DNA from: a virus
Taxonomy: Duplodnaviria > Heunggongvirae > Uroviricota > Caudoviricetes
Reading direction: 5' to 3' (one strand)
Length of the DNA: 33,405 nt
IMG/VR virus record: IMGVR_UViG_2778261165_000021
Every line of letters begins with the position of its first letter. Within the stretch, counting starts at the first letter, position 1. Below the pieces are notes generated by a model. It saw only the letters and a program-made list of their open reading frames with translations, was not told where the DNA came from and ran no database searches. Positions 8,018 through 16,710 of the stretch are shown here, one piece after another. The position numbers and the translations under genes are program-made.

Positions 8018-8977
8018 ATGAAAATTTGTATCGACGACGGCTCCACCAACATCAAGCTGGCATGGACTGAGAACGGCGAACGCCGCAACGCCATCAGCCC
8101 GAACAGCTTCAAGTCGGAATGGTCTGCGCCGTTCGGTGGCACGCAGCCCGCGAACTACATGCTTGATGGCGTGCGCTATGGTTTTGATCCGGTCAGCGAT
8201 CGCTTTGTCCAGACGACCGACACGCAATACCAGTACAGCGATGTGAATGTCATTGCCATTCATCACGCGCTGGTCAAATCAGGCATCACGCCACAGGAGG
8301 TGGATGTGGTTGTCACCCTGCCACTGAGCGAGTATTTCGACACAAACGCACAGCCGGACATGGCCAACATCAACCGCAAAAAAGCGAACGTTATGCGCCC
8401 GGTGGAGTACCAGAACGGCGAAGCATTCACTATCCGTAACGTGCGGGTTATGCCTGAATCCATTCCGGCCGGCTTTAAGGCACTGGCTGACATGAGTCCG
8501 TTTGAATCCCTGCTGATTGTGGATTTGGGCGGAACCACGCTGGATGTGGCAAAGGTTCAGGGGCAACTGGCAGGTATCAGCCAGGTGTTTTGCGATCCAC
8601 ACGTAGGCGTTTCTCTGATGGCCGATGCCGTACTGTCGGTGATGGCCACTAACGGTATGCGCACCAGTCACCACATCGCCAATACCATTATCGAACATCG
8701 CCATGATGAAGCCTGGCTGCGCCAGCACATCCACAATGACGCACATTACGCCAGCCTGATGGCGGTTATTCGTGAAAAGGAAGAAACACTGAAACAACGC
8801 GTGATCCGCGCGCTGGCGGGTTTTTCGGGTTACGGGCGGGTGATGGTTGTAGGTGGAGGAGCGGAGATTGTGGCACCCGCTATCCGCGAAGCCTGCGGAG
8901 TTAATGCGACTTTCATCGCGGACGGGGTGCCACAGTTTGCTCTGGTTAATGGGCTGTACGCAATGGACAAGGAGTAA
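8018..8977 (+). CDS. parM: Actin-like ATPase, ParM/StbA family
   Basis: 319 aa. Actin-fold nucleotide-binding motifs IDDGSTNIK, LIVDLGGTTLDV and VMVVGGGAEIV. Resembles plasmid R1 ParM along its whole length as recalled (MKICIDDGSTNIKLAW; YQYSDVNVIAIHHAL; RNVRVMPESIPAGF). Confidence 0.85.
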   Translation: MKICIDDGSTNIKLAWTENGERRNAISPNSFKSEWSAPFGGTQPANYMLDGVRYGFDPVSDRFVQTTDTQYQYSDVNVIAIHHALVKSGITPQEVDVVVTLPLSEYFDTNAQPDMANINRKKANVMRPVEYQNGEAFTIRNVRVMPESIPAGFKALADMSPFESLLIVDLGGTTLDVAKVQGQLAGISQVFCDPHVGVSLMADAVLSVMATNGMRTSHHIANTIIEHRHDEAWLRQHIHNDAHYASLMAVIREKEETLKQRVIRALAGFSGYGRVMVVGGGAEIVAPAIREACGVNATFIADGVPQFALVNGLYAMDKE

Positions 8978-8981
8978 ACCA

Positions 8982-9293
8982 ATGACGACACCAACCAGAC
9001 GGATAAGTTTCTATCTGAAGCCCGCCGCCGTCAAGAACGAAGGCGAAGCATGCGCCTGGCTGGACAGCCTTACACCAGAAGCCCGCAAAAGCGGCCAACG
9101 CGTGGCTTTTCTGGCCGGGCTGGCACTTCTGAAAATGAATCCGGCAGAGGCTTACCGACTGGCTGCATGGGCTGATGATGAGGCGTTATCAGTGACACAA
9201 ACCAGGACAGAACGCCCCCTGTCACAGCCAGTACCAACCGCACAGATAACCAGTCAGATGGCCAGAAATATCAGGGCGTTATTTCCTGAATAA
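8982..9293 (+). CDS. parR: ParR/StbB-like centromere-binding adaptor
   Basis: 103 aa from ATG 8982 with AAGGAG RBS (track ORF 8853 has a long non-homologous leader). RRISFYLKP..., AFLAGLALL and C-terminal IRALFPE resemble R1 ParR as recalled. Immediately downstream of parM-like gene. Confidence 0.65.
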   Translation: MTTPTRRISFYLKPAAVKNEGEACAWLDSLTPEARKSGQRVAFLAGLALLKMNPAEAYRLAAWADDEALSVTQTRTERPLSQPVPTAQITSQMARNIRALFPE

Positions 9294-9299
9294 CACAAC

Positions 9300-9321
9300 A
9301 TCAGGGCGTGTTCGCCCTGAT
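9300..9321 (+). other. GC-rich hairpin downstream of parR-like gene
   Basis: Perfect 9-bp inverted repeat ATCAGGGCG-TGTT-CGCCCTGAT; ATCAGGGCG also occurs 30 bp upstream at 9270-9278. No T-tract follows, so not a classical terminator. Confidence 0.35.
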
Positions 9322-9356
9322 CTCCACCTCAGAACATAAACAAGGAGACCGACTTA

Positions 9357-9956
9357 ATGAGCGAAATCAACTATCAGGCACTGCGTGAGTTAGCAAAACA
9401 GGCAACACAGGGCGAATGGGTCGCATTTATTTCGCCGGGCAAATACGGCACGTACGCCGTGCACACACCAGGAGATAATCATCACGGAGATATTGTCGAC
9501 TGGCCTGGATTCGACGAACAGAAAAACGCAGAGAACAACGCTCGTTATATCGCAGCTTTCAACCCTGAAGTAGTGCAGGCTCTGTTGGATGAACGAGAAG
9601 CCCAAAGCAAACGCATTGCAGAGCTGGAGGCTAATTTCACGGAGCTGGCAGCGGAGAATGCCGCAATGAAGCTGTTTATCAGGGGCAGTTGCTATGTATT
9701 TGATGGAGAGCAGGATGAAATATCTGACGCGTATATCTGCGCAACAGACGGAGGAATGCCACAAACCCCAGCCACCGACGCTTTTCTGGCTGAAGTACGG
9801 GCGCAGGGCGTGGAGATGCTGGCAAAAAATCATCAGAGTATCGTCAATGCACTTAAGGGAGATTCTTTATTTTCTGATGATGAATACCGACATGCAGCTA
9901 TTGTTTCCGCAGCTGTATATTTCGCCGCAGAGCTTCGCAAAGGAGGCAGCCAGTGA
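9357..9956 (+). CDS. Ead/Ea22-like protein
   Basis: 199 aa. N-terminus MSEINYQALRELAKQATQGEW and later VQALLDEREAQSKRIAELE resemble the lambdoid Ea22-family signature. AAGGAG RBS. Visibly lower GC than the par genes. Confidence 0.5.
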   Translation: MSEINYQALRELAKQATQGEWVAFISPGKYGTYAVHTPGDNHHGDIVDWPGFDEQKNAENNARYIAAFNPEVVQALLDEREAQSKRIAELEANFTELAAENAAMKLFIRGSCYVFDGEQDEISDAYICATDGGMPQTPATDAFLAEVRAQGVEMLAKNHQSIVNALKGDSLFSDDEYRHAAIVSAAVYFAAELRKGGSQ

Positions 9957-10492
9957 GCAAAATTGACTATCAGGCACTACAAATGGCAGCAGAACGTGCA
10001 ATTCCGGCAATGGAACGCCTGTTAATATTGCCAGTTGATGATGATTTGTTAAGCGAACAGGAACTTAAAGATTACGGTGTGGATATTGACGCGATCAACA
10101 CCTTCAGAATTCTGGCTGGACCGGAAGACATGCTGGCACTGCTGGATGAACTGGAAACAGCAAAAAAGCGCATCGCTGAACTGGAAAAAATCGCCACTGA
10201 CTATGCACTTAAATTCCAGAAAGCACAGGACGCATTAAAGTATGCCGCTTTGTCGCATAGCCGGACGGCGCAACAAACAAATAATCTTGCTGTATCGCTT
10301 CCGGACATAAGCGAATATTTCATTAATGACGTATTTCAGCCCTTGCGATACGAGCGGGATGTTGAAAGAGCCATCATAAAGGCTGGCGGAAAAGCATTGT
10401 GGCAGGAGAAACACGAGGACAGAACGCATCAGTCCTGCGATGTAAATCGTGGATGGTTTAGCCCACTGACGACAGATAAAAATAACACCTAA
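9953..10492 (+). CDS. Ead/Ea22-like protein (tandem paralogue)
   Basis: 179 aa from GTG 9953 overlapping the upstream stop (GTGA), AGGAGG RBS. N-terminus SKIDYQALQMAAERA and LALLDELETAKKRIAELE parallel the preceding ORF. Confidence 0.5.
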   Translation: MSKIDYQALQMAAERAIPAMERLLILPVDDDLLSEQELKDYGVDIDAINTFRILAGPEDMLALLDELETAKKRIAELEKIATDYALKFQKAQDALKYAALSHSRTAQQTNNLAVSLPDISEYFINDVFQPLRYERDVERAIIKAGGKALWQEKHEDRTHQSCDVNRGWFSPLTTDKNNT

Positions 10493-10531
10493 TCCCCCTC
10501 AAACCAGGGCGATAATCGCGCATCGCCATGC

Positions 10532-10630
10532 TGCACAATAGTGCACAAATTTGCACAATTTTTTTGAACGACTTTTTGCCCTTCCGGCCCGCGTGGCGGC
10601 TGGATCCGTCAAGGATCCGTGCGTGCACAA
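10532..10630. repeat. Phased TGCACAA direct repeats plus GGATCCGT doublet
   Basis: TGCACAA at 10532-10538, 10542-10548, 10552-10558 (exact 10-bp phasing) and 10624-10630; GGATCCGT at 10602-10609 and 10613-10620. Confidence 0.5.
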
Positions 10631-10931
10631 AAAAACGCGCTTTTTCTGCGCGCAGGTGACGGGGGAACAGCCCGCGTTTCAGGGGGTAAATAGCATTCCC
10701 CGAACGATGTCGCAGCGACACGACAGAATGGCCGTATTTCTCACGCTGAGCGTGAAAAATACGTGAGGGATTCTGATTTGATGGGGTGAAAGATAAGGCC
10801 GTCAAAATCGCACTGAGGCGGCGAGAACATGCAGTCAACGCGGTGGGATTGCGTAAGAGTCTGACCGTCGATGGTGGCGATAAACTGGAAGGCGTCGTGA
10901 AATTATCTGACTGATACAGGAGCTGGAGAGT

Positions 10932-10956
10932 CGGGGCATAAATTTTTTATGCCCCG
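10932..10956. terminator. 25-bp perfect palindrome, candidate bidirectional terminator
   Basis: CGGGGCATAAA-TTT-TTTATGCCCCG, 27 bp beyond the Q stop codon. Lacks a clean flanking T-tract on either strand. Confidence 0.4.
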
Positions 10957-10982
10957 GCGAAGCAGCAGGCAAGCGAAGCGCG

Positions 10983-12029
10983 TCAGGATGTGGGCTGGGT
11001 GTCTAACAGTGCGTAAGGGTTAAAGCGGATCACCTCTTCGCCAAGCCAGTCATTGATGTGCTTCATGGCCTCCATGACGGGCATCAGCTCGTTAATTGCG
11101 TAAACCCGCGCGGCCTTCTCCACATCACCAAACGCACTTTTTTCACCCGGCATCGCCCCCATCAGTTGCGGCGGAACGCGGTGCGCAGCCAGCACATCAT
11201 CACGGGATGCCGCCTTAACATTCATGAACTCATCCTTTGCGGTGATCTGCTGGAACGGCAAAATTTGCACCCCCTCTTTGCCCCCGTTGGGCGCATGAAT
11301 GAGCACGTTTTTAAACGCACCACCACCACGCGCACCCTGTAGCGTTTCTTTCAGGGAGTCCATGCTTTCGCGGTTTACCTGCGCTGCACCGATGTAGATG
11401 ATGCACCCGGCGTGGGATCCGTTGTCGTAATACAGTTTTCTGAACATGTCCGCCGAATGAGACAGGCTGGCCGAGAGTAATGCGCCGAGATATTCCGGCA
11501 TGCCGTAGATTTCCTGGTTAATGTCCGGATTGATCAGGTGGCACACTTTGCCTGGGCGAAACTGAAACGCATCCTTGCCATCCTGCACATACCACCATGA
11601 TTCAAGATCACTTCCGCGGCGCATGTATTTCGCCAGGGCGTGCCGTAATTTAAGCGGTTCGCCGAGCATATTGTTCCGAAGCTCAAGGAATGCGTTACCG
11701 AACACAAACCAGTCCAGCGCCAGCGCCGAGAAATCCTGCCGGGAAAGCAGCGGGTGCGGAATATAGCAACCGAGCAATACATTGCGCTTAAAGTAAAGCG
11801 CAGACTGATGCCAGGACGTTTGCCGGGCAGCTCTTGCCAGACCGTACCAGTCCACCGGGGTTTCATACCACCGCCCGTTATCAGCACAGTACATATTGTC
11901 CAGCAGGTCATGCCCGGTCAGGCGATAAGGACCATCAAATGTGAATGCACTGAGCGATGATTCTTTCCTGAGCGCATCAGCGAGATCAATGCGTGAACTC
12001 ATGCGCACTTTTTTATTTTTTCTGCTCAT
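10983..12029 (-). CDS. Q: Portal protein (P2 Q-like)
   Basis: 348 aa; length, position and sequence character match P2 gpQ as recalled. Start overlaps the P stop, as expected for a coupled Q-P packaging operon. Confidence 0.9.
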   Translation of the reverse strand: MSRKNKKVRMSSRIDLADALRKESSLSAFTFDGPYRLTGHDLLDNMYCADNGRWYETPVDWYGLARAARQTSWHQSALYFKRNVLLGCYIPHPLLSRQDFSALALDWFVFGNAFLELRNNMLGEPLKLRHALAKYMRRGSDLESWWYVQDGKDAFQFRPGKVCHLINPDINQEIYGMPEYLGALLSASLSHSADMFRKLYYDNGSHAGCIIYIGAAQVNRESMDSLKETLQGARGGGAFKNVLIHAPNGGKEGVQILPFQQITAKDEFMNVKAASRDDVLAAHRVPPQLMGAMPGEKSAFGDVEKAARVYAINELMPVMEAMKHINDWLGEEVIRFNPYALLDTQPTS

Positions 12030-13780
12030 CAGAACTCCATAACCGTGAAACGCTCGTTTTCTCCTTCGCCGCCAATCGGTTCGTTAATGACAGCAAGCAT
12101 GGTTGCCCACGCAAGGTCGCCGTGGCTGATCCCCCTCGCACGGTCCGTTTCGTAAGTGATAAAGCCGCCCGGTGTTTTCACCTTACGCACGGCGTTAAAG
12201 GCCGCGACCAGCTCGCGTTCGGCGCGATCGTATTCCCACCGCCCGGCACGCATTATTTGCAGCATTTTCAGTACCAGCGACCGTTTTGATGACAGCGTGA
12301 AGGTGTACGGAATAGCGGCAGGGAAAAACCGTTTCACTATCTGATAAACAGCCTCCCCGTTCCCGCCCGTCACATCAATGCCGATGTGTTCCACGTTGTA
12401 GCGACACGTGAACTCTTCAATGACTCTGGCCTGTTCTTCAAACTCCAGCCCCTGAACGCGTCGCGTCTCCACCGTTCGAAAACGGCCACCAGGAACAGTC
12501 GGAGGAACCACCACGGACACAGCGCCGCTGTCGCCGTTGCCACTGCTGCCGTTTGCGTCATACCCAATCCATACCGGACGATTCCCCATCGGACGGGGAG
12601 CAAAAGGTTTCCAGTCTTTCCAGTCGTCGTATCCGTCAACGCCGCAGCCAATCAGGATATTCAGGTTAAATGCCGATTCCCCTTCGCGGACAAACTCACA
12701 CATATAGAGATTGAGGAACTCGTCTTCGGTGTTTTCATCACGAATTTCGTCGATATCAGTGTGTTTCCAGCCGTGATTAACCACATCTTCCAGCGTGACA
12801 ATCTGCCGCCACGTCCGGTCAGGGCAGATAAGCCCGTTATGCAGCGTTTTCCAGTCCACAGAAAAACGCTGGCGTTTATGCGTGGCCTTTTTCTCGTTCC
12901 AGCGGTCGCCGTTCCAGTAGGCGTATGCTTCGTGCGTTTCGGTGGATGGCGTGGAGAAGTAGGTGCGCCGCAGTCCGCTGAGGGTTGCCATAGCGCCAGC
13001 CACCTTGCGCAGTTCAGCAAAGCGACTGACCCAGAAAAATTCATCAAAATAAAAATTGCCCGTATAGGACTGCGCCGACGCAGCAGAAGTGCCGAGAAAA
13101 TGCAGCTCTGCGCCGTTGGAGAGGATGATTTTATCGCCCCCTTTCAGCTCCACATCAACTTCAGCCGCAGCCTTCTGAATAATGCTTTTAAACTGGAACG
13201 CCTGACGACGCGACGCAGACAAAAAAATCTGGTTACGCTGGTAAGGTTGTGCCACATCGTCACGCAGCGCCATCAGCAGTGCTTCCTGTGCAAAATACCA
13301 GGTCGCCCCAATCTGTCGGGATTTCAGGATCATCCTGTTACGTATCCCGGCTTCCCTGCAAAGGGTCAGGGAGTCAAACCAGCCCCGCTGATGCCACTCC
13401 AGCCTGCTGATGATTTTTTCCCGCAGTGCGGCAATCTGTTCCGGCGTGAAATGATTTTTGAGTTTTTTCGCCCGGCCTTTCTTTCCTGTGGCCGTCGCAT
13501 CCGGCTGGCCATCATGCAGTTTTTTAAGCTGCCGGGTCAGCAGGTCTATTTCCTTGAAGTCACCACCTGTTTTATTCTGTTTTTCAGTGAGCTGGATGAG
13601 GCGCGCATCGATGGACTGCGTGACACGCTGCACGGGTGGCGTTTCATCCCACTGGTCGCGTTTTTTCCACGCATAAATCGTGTTCGGGTTTATTCCCATC
13701 AGACGTGATATTTCTGCGGGCGGATAACCCTGCCAGTAAAGTTGCCGCGCACGCTGGCGCACAAAAGCGTCCTGAATCAT
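12029..13780 (-). CDS. P: Terminase large subunit (P2 P-like)
   Basis: 583 aa; N-terminus MIQDAFVRQRARQLYWQGYPPAEISRLMGINPNTIYAWKKRDQWDE is typical of the P2 gpP terminase ATPase. Confidence 0.9.
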   Translation of the reverse strand: MIQDAFVRQRARQLYWQGYPPAEISRLMGINPNTIYAWKKRDQWDETPPVQRVTQSIDARLIQLTEKQNKTGGDFKEIDLLTRQLKKLHDGQPDATATGKKGRAKKLKNHFTPEQIAALREKIISRLEWHQRGWFDSLTLCREAGIRNRMILKSRQIGATWYFAQEALLMALRDDVAQPYQRNQIFLSASRRQAFQFKSIIQKAAAEVDVELKGGDKIILSNGAELHFLGTSAASAQSYTGNFYFDEFFWVSRFAELRKVAGAMATLSGLRRTYFSTPSTETHEAYAYWNGDRWNEKKATHKRQRFSVDWKTLHNGLICPDRTWRQIVTLEDVVNHGWKHTDIDEIRDENTEDEFLNLYMCEFVREGESAFNLNILIGCGVDGYDDWKDWKPFAPRPMGNRPVWIGYDANGSSGNGDSGAVSVVVPPTVPGGRFRTVETRRVQGLEFEEQARVIEEFTCRYNVEHIGIDVTGGNGEAVYQIVKRFFPAAIPYTFTLSSKRSLVLKMLQIMRAGRWEYDRAERELVAAFNAVRKVKTPGGFITYETDRARGISHGDLAWATMLAVINEPIGGEGENERFTVMEF

Positions 13781-13934
13781 TGCTCCCCCTGAGTAATTAC
13801 AGGAAGATTACCCGCGCGCGAAACTGTTCTCCTTAACCCCCTGTTCTGGCCGTTTTCTTACAACAAAAGCCCTTTGTATCAGCCTGTTACGCTTTGCCAT
13901 CATGACTGAAGAACCAGTCAGAGGGGCAAAAACT
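13781..13934. promoter_or_regulatory. Divergent late promoter region (P-Q leftward, O-N-M rightward)
   Basis: 154-bp spacer between divergent P and O start codons. Assigned by position; no exact TGT-N12-ACA activator site found. Confidence 0.4.
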
Positions 13935-14771
13935 ATGACTAATGAAAAAAAGACATCCCGCAAAAAGTTTCGCGTGGCTGTCTCCGGTGTAACGGCAGAC
14001 GGGCGCGAAATCAACGGCGACATGCTGAAAGCTGCCGCCACCAGTTATAACCCGTCCGTTTATGGTGCACGTGTAAATATTGAGCACATCCTGTCACCAC
14101 TCCCCGGTAGCGAGTTTTCCGCTATGGGCGATGTTGTGGGATTGAGCACCGAAGACATAACCGATGGCCCGCTGGCAGGTCGCACGGCGCTGTATGCCGA
14201 AATTGAGCCGACCGCTCGCATGATGTCCCTGCTTAACGATGGTAAAAAAATTTACTCCAGTATTGAGCTGGAACCACGGTCAACCATCACGGGAGGCCCT
14301 TACCTGCGTGGGCTGGCAATGACCGACACCCCTGCCAGCCTGGGCACGGAACGTCTGGCCTTTGCGGCACAACAACGTATGCAACTGATGACATTCAACT
14401 GTCAGCAGGGAGACGTGGCGATGTTTACCGCCGCTATGGAGTCAGAACTTATCGAACTCACCGAACAACGTCAGGAAGAAGGCACCCAGTGGTTTAACCG
14501 CGTTATGGGGATTATTGGCCGTGGCCGCAAAGCGGATGACGCCAGTTTCTCCCGTATTCAGGAAGCGGTGGAAGGTGTCGCAACGTCACAGGCCGACATT
14601 ATCGACCGTTTTAATGTGCTGGAAACCCGCCATCAGCAGGACAGCCAGAAAATCACTTTACTGACCACAGAGCTGGCAGCACTGAAGGAAAAACTGCGCA
14701 CGCAGGACGGCGATCCGCAGAACCGGTTCACCGCAACGGGCGCAGCCTCCGACCAGCTGGCTGACTTCTGA
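13935..14771 (+). CDS. O: Capsid scaffolding protein (P2 O-like)
   Basis: ATG 13935 with GAGGGG RBS (track ORF 13902). FRVAVSGVTADGREINGDMLKAAATSYNP and later segments parallel P2 gpO as recalled. Confidence 0.85.
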   Translation: MTNEKKTSRKKFRVAVSGVTADGREINGDMLKAAATSYNPSVYGARVNIEHILSPLPGSEFSAMGDVVGLSTEDITDGPLAGRTALYAEIEPTARMMSLLNDGKKIYSSIELEPRSTITGGPYLRGLAMTDTPASLGTERLAFAAQQRMQLMTFNCQQGDVAMFTAAMESELIELTEQRQEEGTQWFNRVMGIIGRGRKADDASFSRIQEAVEGVATSQADIIDRFNVLETRHQQDSQKITLLTTELAALKEKLRTQDGDPQNRFTATGAASDQLADF

Positions 14772-14794
14772 TAAGACAAAGGAGCAAATTTTTT

Positions 14795-15847
14795 ATGAAT
14801 CTGGTGATGTCAGATATTACCCGCAACAAGCTGGGTTGCTATATGGCGCAGCAGGCGTCGCTTAATAATATTCCGGTTTCCGCACTGGTATCGCGATTTA
14901 CCGTGGAACCCTCGGTGCAGCAGCGTTTTGAAAACGCCTCAAAGGAAAGCACCGAATTTACAAAAAGAATTAACGTGATCGGCGTGACCGACCAGAAAGG
15001 CGAAAAAATCCTCCTGGACACCACCGGGCCAATTGCACGCACGAATACCAGTTATGACGGCACAAAACGCCGTAACCCGAATAACGTGGTTGATCTGAAA
15101 AACCGCAAATACCAGTGCGAACAGGTGAACTACGACACGTTTATTTCATATCCGCAGCTTGATGCCTGGGCGGCACACCCTGATTTTCAGTCCCGCATCA
15201 GCGCACAGATTGCCCGACAGGTGGCGCTTGACCGCATCATGATCGGTTTCAACGGCACGTCTCACGCGGATGAGTCCAACTTCAGCACCAACAAGCTGCT
15301 TCAGGACGTTAACGTGGGATGGCTGGAGCACATCAGAACCGACGCCAGCGAACGCGTTATGAATGACGTGACGCTGACCTCCCGCAACATGGACAACACC
15401 GTGGCGCACGCGGGTAAGTATGCGAACGCTGATGCACTGGTACAGGACGCGCGTTCATCCCTGCTGGATGAATGGCACAAGGAAGCTGACGACCTTGTGG
15501 TGATTATGGGGCGCAACCTGTTTAACTCGCTGCGTCTGCCCGTGCTGAACAGCATCAGCGGCCAGAATCCCAATGCGGAATTACTTGCCGGGCAGCTCAT
15601 CCTGTCATCGCGCACCATTGGCGGGCTGGGCGTGTTCCTTGCGCCGTTCTTCCCGGATGCAACGATGCTGATCACCTCGTTCAACAACCTGTCGATTTAC
15701 TGGCAGAAAGGTTCAATGCGTCGCCTGATGAAAGACGAGCCGGAATACAACCGCATCGCCACCTACCAGTCCATCAATGACGCTTATGTCGTTGAAGACT
15801 ATGGCAAGTGCGCGATGGTCACTGGCCTGAAGTTCGCCGACAGCTAA
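14795..15847 (+). CDS. N: Major capsid protein (P2 N-like)
   Basis: 350 aa; FTVEPSVQQRF, ECEQVNYDTFI, IMIGFNGT and DAYVVEDY blocks parallel P2 gpN as recalled. Confidence 0.9.
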   Translation: MNLVMSDITRNKLGCYMAQQASLNNIPVSALVSRFTVEPSVQQRFENASKESTEFTKRINVIGVTDQKGEKILLDTTGPIARTNTSYDGTKRRNPNNVVDLKNRKYQCEQVNYDTFISYPQLDAWAAHPDFQSRISAQIARQVALDRIMIGFNGTSHADESNFSTNKLLQDVNVGWLEHIRTDASERVMNDVTLTSRNMDNTVAHAGKYANADALVQDARSSLLDEWHKEADDLVVIMGRNLFNSLRLPVLNSISGQNPNAELLAGQLILSSRTIGGLGVFLAPFFPDATMLITSFNNLSIYWQKGSMRRLMKDEPEYNRIATYQSINDAYVVEDYGKCAMVTGLKFADS

Positions 15848-15856
15848 TCAACTCAC

Positions 15857-15875
15857 GGCGGGCATCATGCCCGCC
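15857..15875 (+). other. Stable RNA hairpin between capsid and small-terminase genes
   Basis: GGCGGGCAT-C-ATGCCCGCC, perfect 9-bp inverted repeat 10 nt after the N stop; no T-tract. Confidence 0.4.
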
Positions 15876-15892
15876 AGTAACGGAGAGAACAA

Positions 15893-16693
15893 ATGATTAC
15901 TCCTGCACAGCAACACTGGCAGAACGTGATGGCACAGCGCACAGGCCGGGCGAATGAAGGCGTGGACCACGCCGCGCGTACCGCGCATGAAGAGGTGCTG
16001 TATCGTCTGCGTCTGGCACAGGCCCGGCTTAAGGGCGTACAGGCCAGAAGCGCGAAAGCCGCCATCAAAAAAGAGTTGTTGCCGGATTTTTCCGGCTGGA
16101 TTGAGGGAACGCTGGAGGCTGACGGCGGGCAGCAGGATGAAGTGATTGCCACGCTGATGGTGTGGGCGATTGACTGTGGCGATCTTCCGCTTGCGCTGCG
16201 TATCGGCGCGTATGTGGTCCGTCACAACCTCATCATGCCGGATAACTTTGGCCGTACTGCTGCCACGGTACTGACCGAAGAAATCTGTAATCCGGTACTG
16301 ACGCAGGCCGGGACGGATGCCGACGCGGATTTGTCCGCCTTTATCGAACCACTGGACACCCTCCGGGAGATTGTCACCGACCAGGACATGCCGGACGAAG
16401 TGCGCGCCAAATTATGCAAAGCGTGCGCCTTTGCCCGCCGTGGCCTGAGTGATGCGGACAGCATGGCCCTGTCACTGAAGCTGCTGCGCGAAGCAATGCA
16501 CCTGAACCCGAACGCAGGTGTGAAACGCGAGATTGCAACCCTTTCCCGCGCCCTGAAAAAAGCCGATTCCGCAGCCGCACCAGAAGACGTCAGCGCACAG
16601 CAGGCGCAGGACGAAAGCAGCAAAAGTAAAAAGACAACGCGGAAGCCTGCAACACGAAAAACCACCGCGACGCAGAAGGCGAAGCGCGGTTAA
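15893..16693 (+). CDS. M: Terminase small subunit / endonuclease (P2 M-like)
   Basis: 266 aa; MITPAQQHW N-terminus and DMPDEVRAKL block parallel P2 gpM as recalled; lysine-rich basic tail. Confidence 0.85.
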   Translation: MITPAQQHWQNVMAQRTGRANEGVDHAARTAHEEVLYRLRLAQARLKGVQARSAKAAIKKELLPDFSGWIEGTLEADGGQQDEVIATLMVWAIDCGDLPLALRIGAYVVRHNLIMPDNFGRTAATVLTEEICNPVLTQAGTDADADLSAFIEPLDTLREIVTDQDMPDEVRAKLCKACAFARRGLSDADSMALSLKLLREAMHLNPNAGVKREIATLSRALKKADSAAAPEDVSAQQAQDESSKSKKTTRKPATRKTTATQKAKRG

Positions 16694-16710
16694 CGACTGA
16701 CCCCGTCAGC

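Noticed and set aside
8853-8981. Long N-terminal extension of the parR-like ORF
   Set aside because: Extension overlaps the parM 3' end and has no homology; ATG at 8982 has an AAGGAG RBS and gives a ParR-sized product.
10458-10838. 126-aa minus-strand ORF in the cos-proximal spacer
   Set aside because: Arg-rich translation lying across the TGCACAA and GGATCCGT repeat arrays; looks like a chance frame in structured DNA.
12386-13708. 440-aa plus-strand ORF
   Set aside because: Entirely antisense to the terminase large-subunit gene P, whose homology is unambiguous.
13781-13934. Ogr-type late promoter activator site (TGT-N12-ACA)
   Set aside because: No exact TGT-N12-ACA match found by eye here or in 31505-31661; late promoters are assigned by position only.
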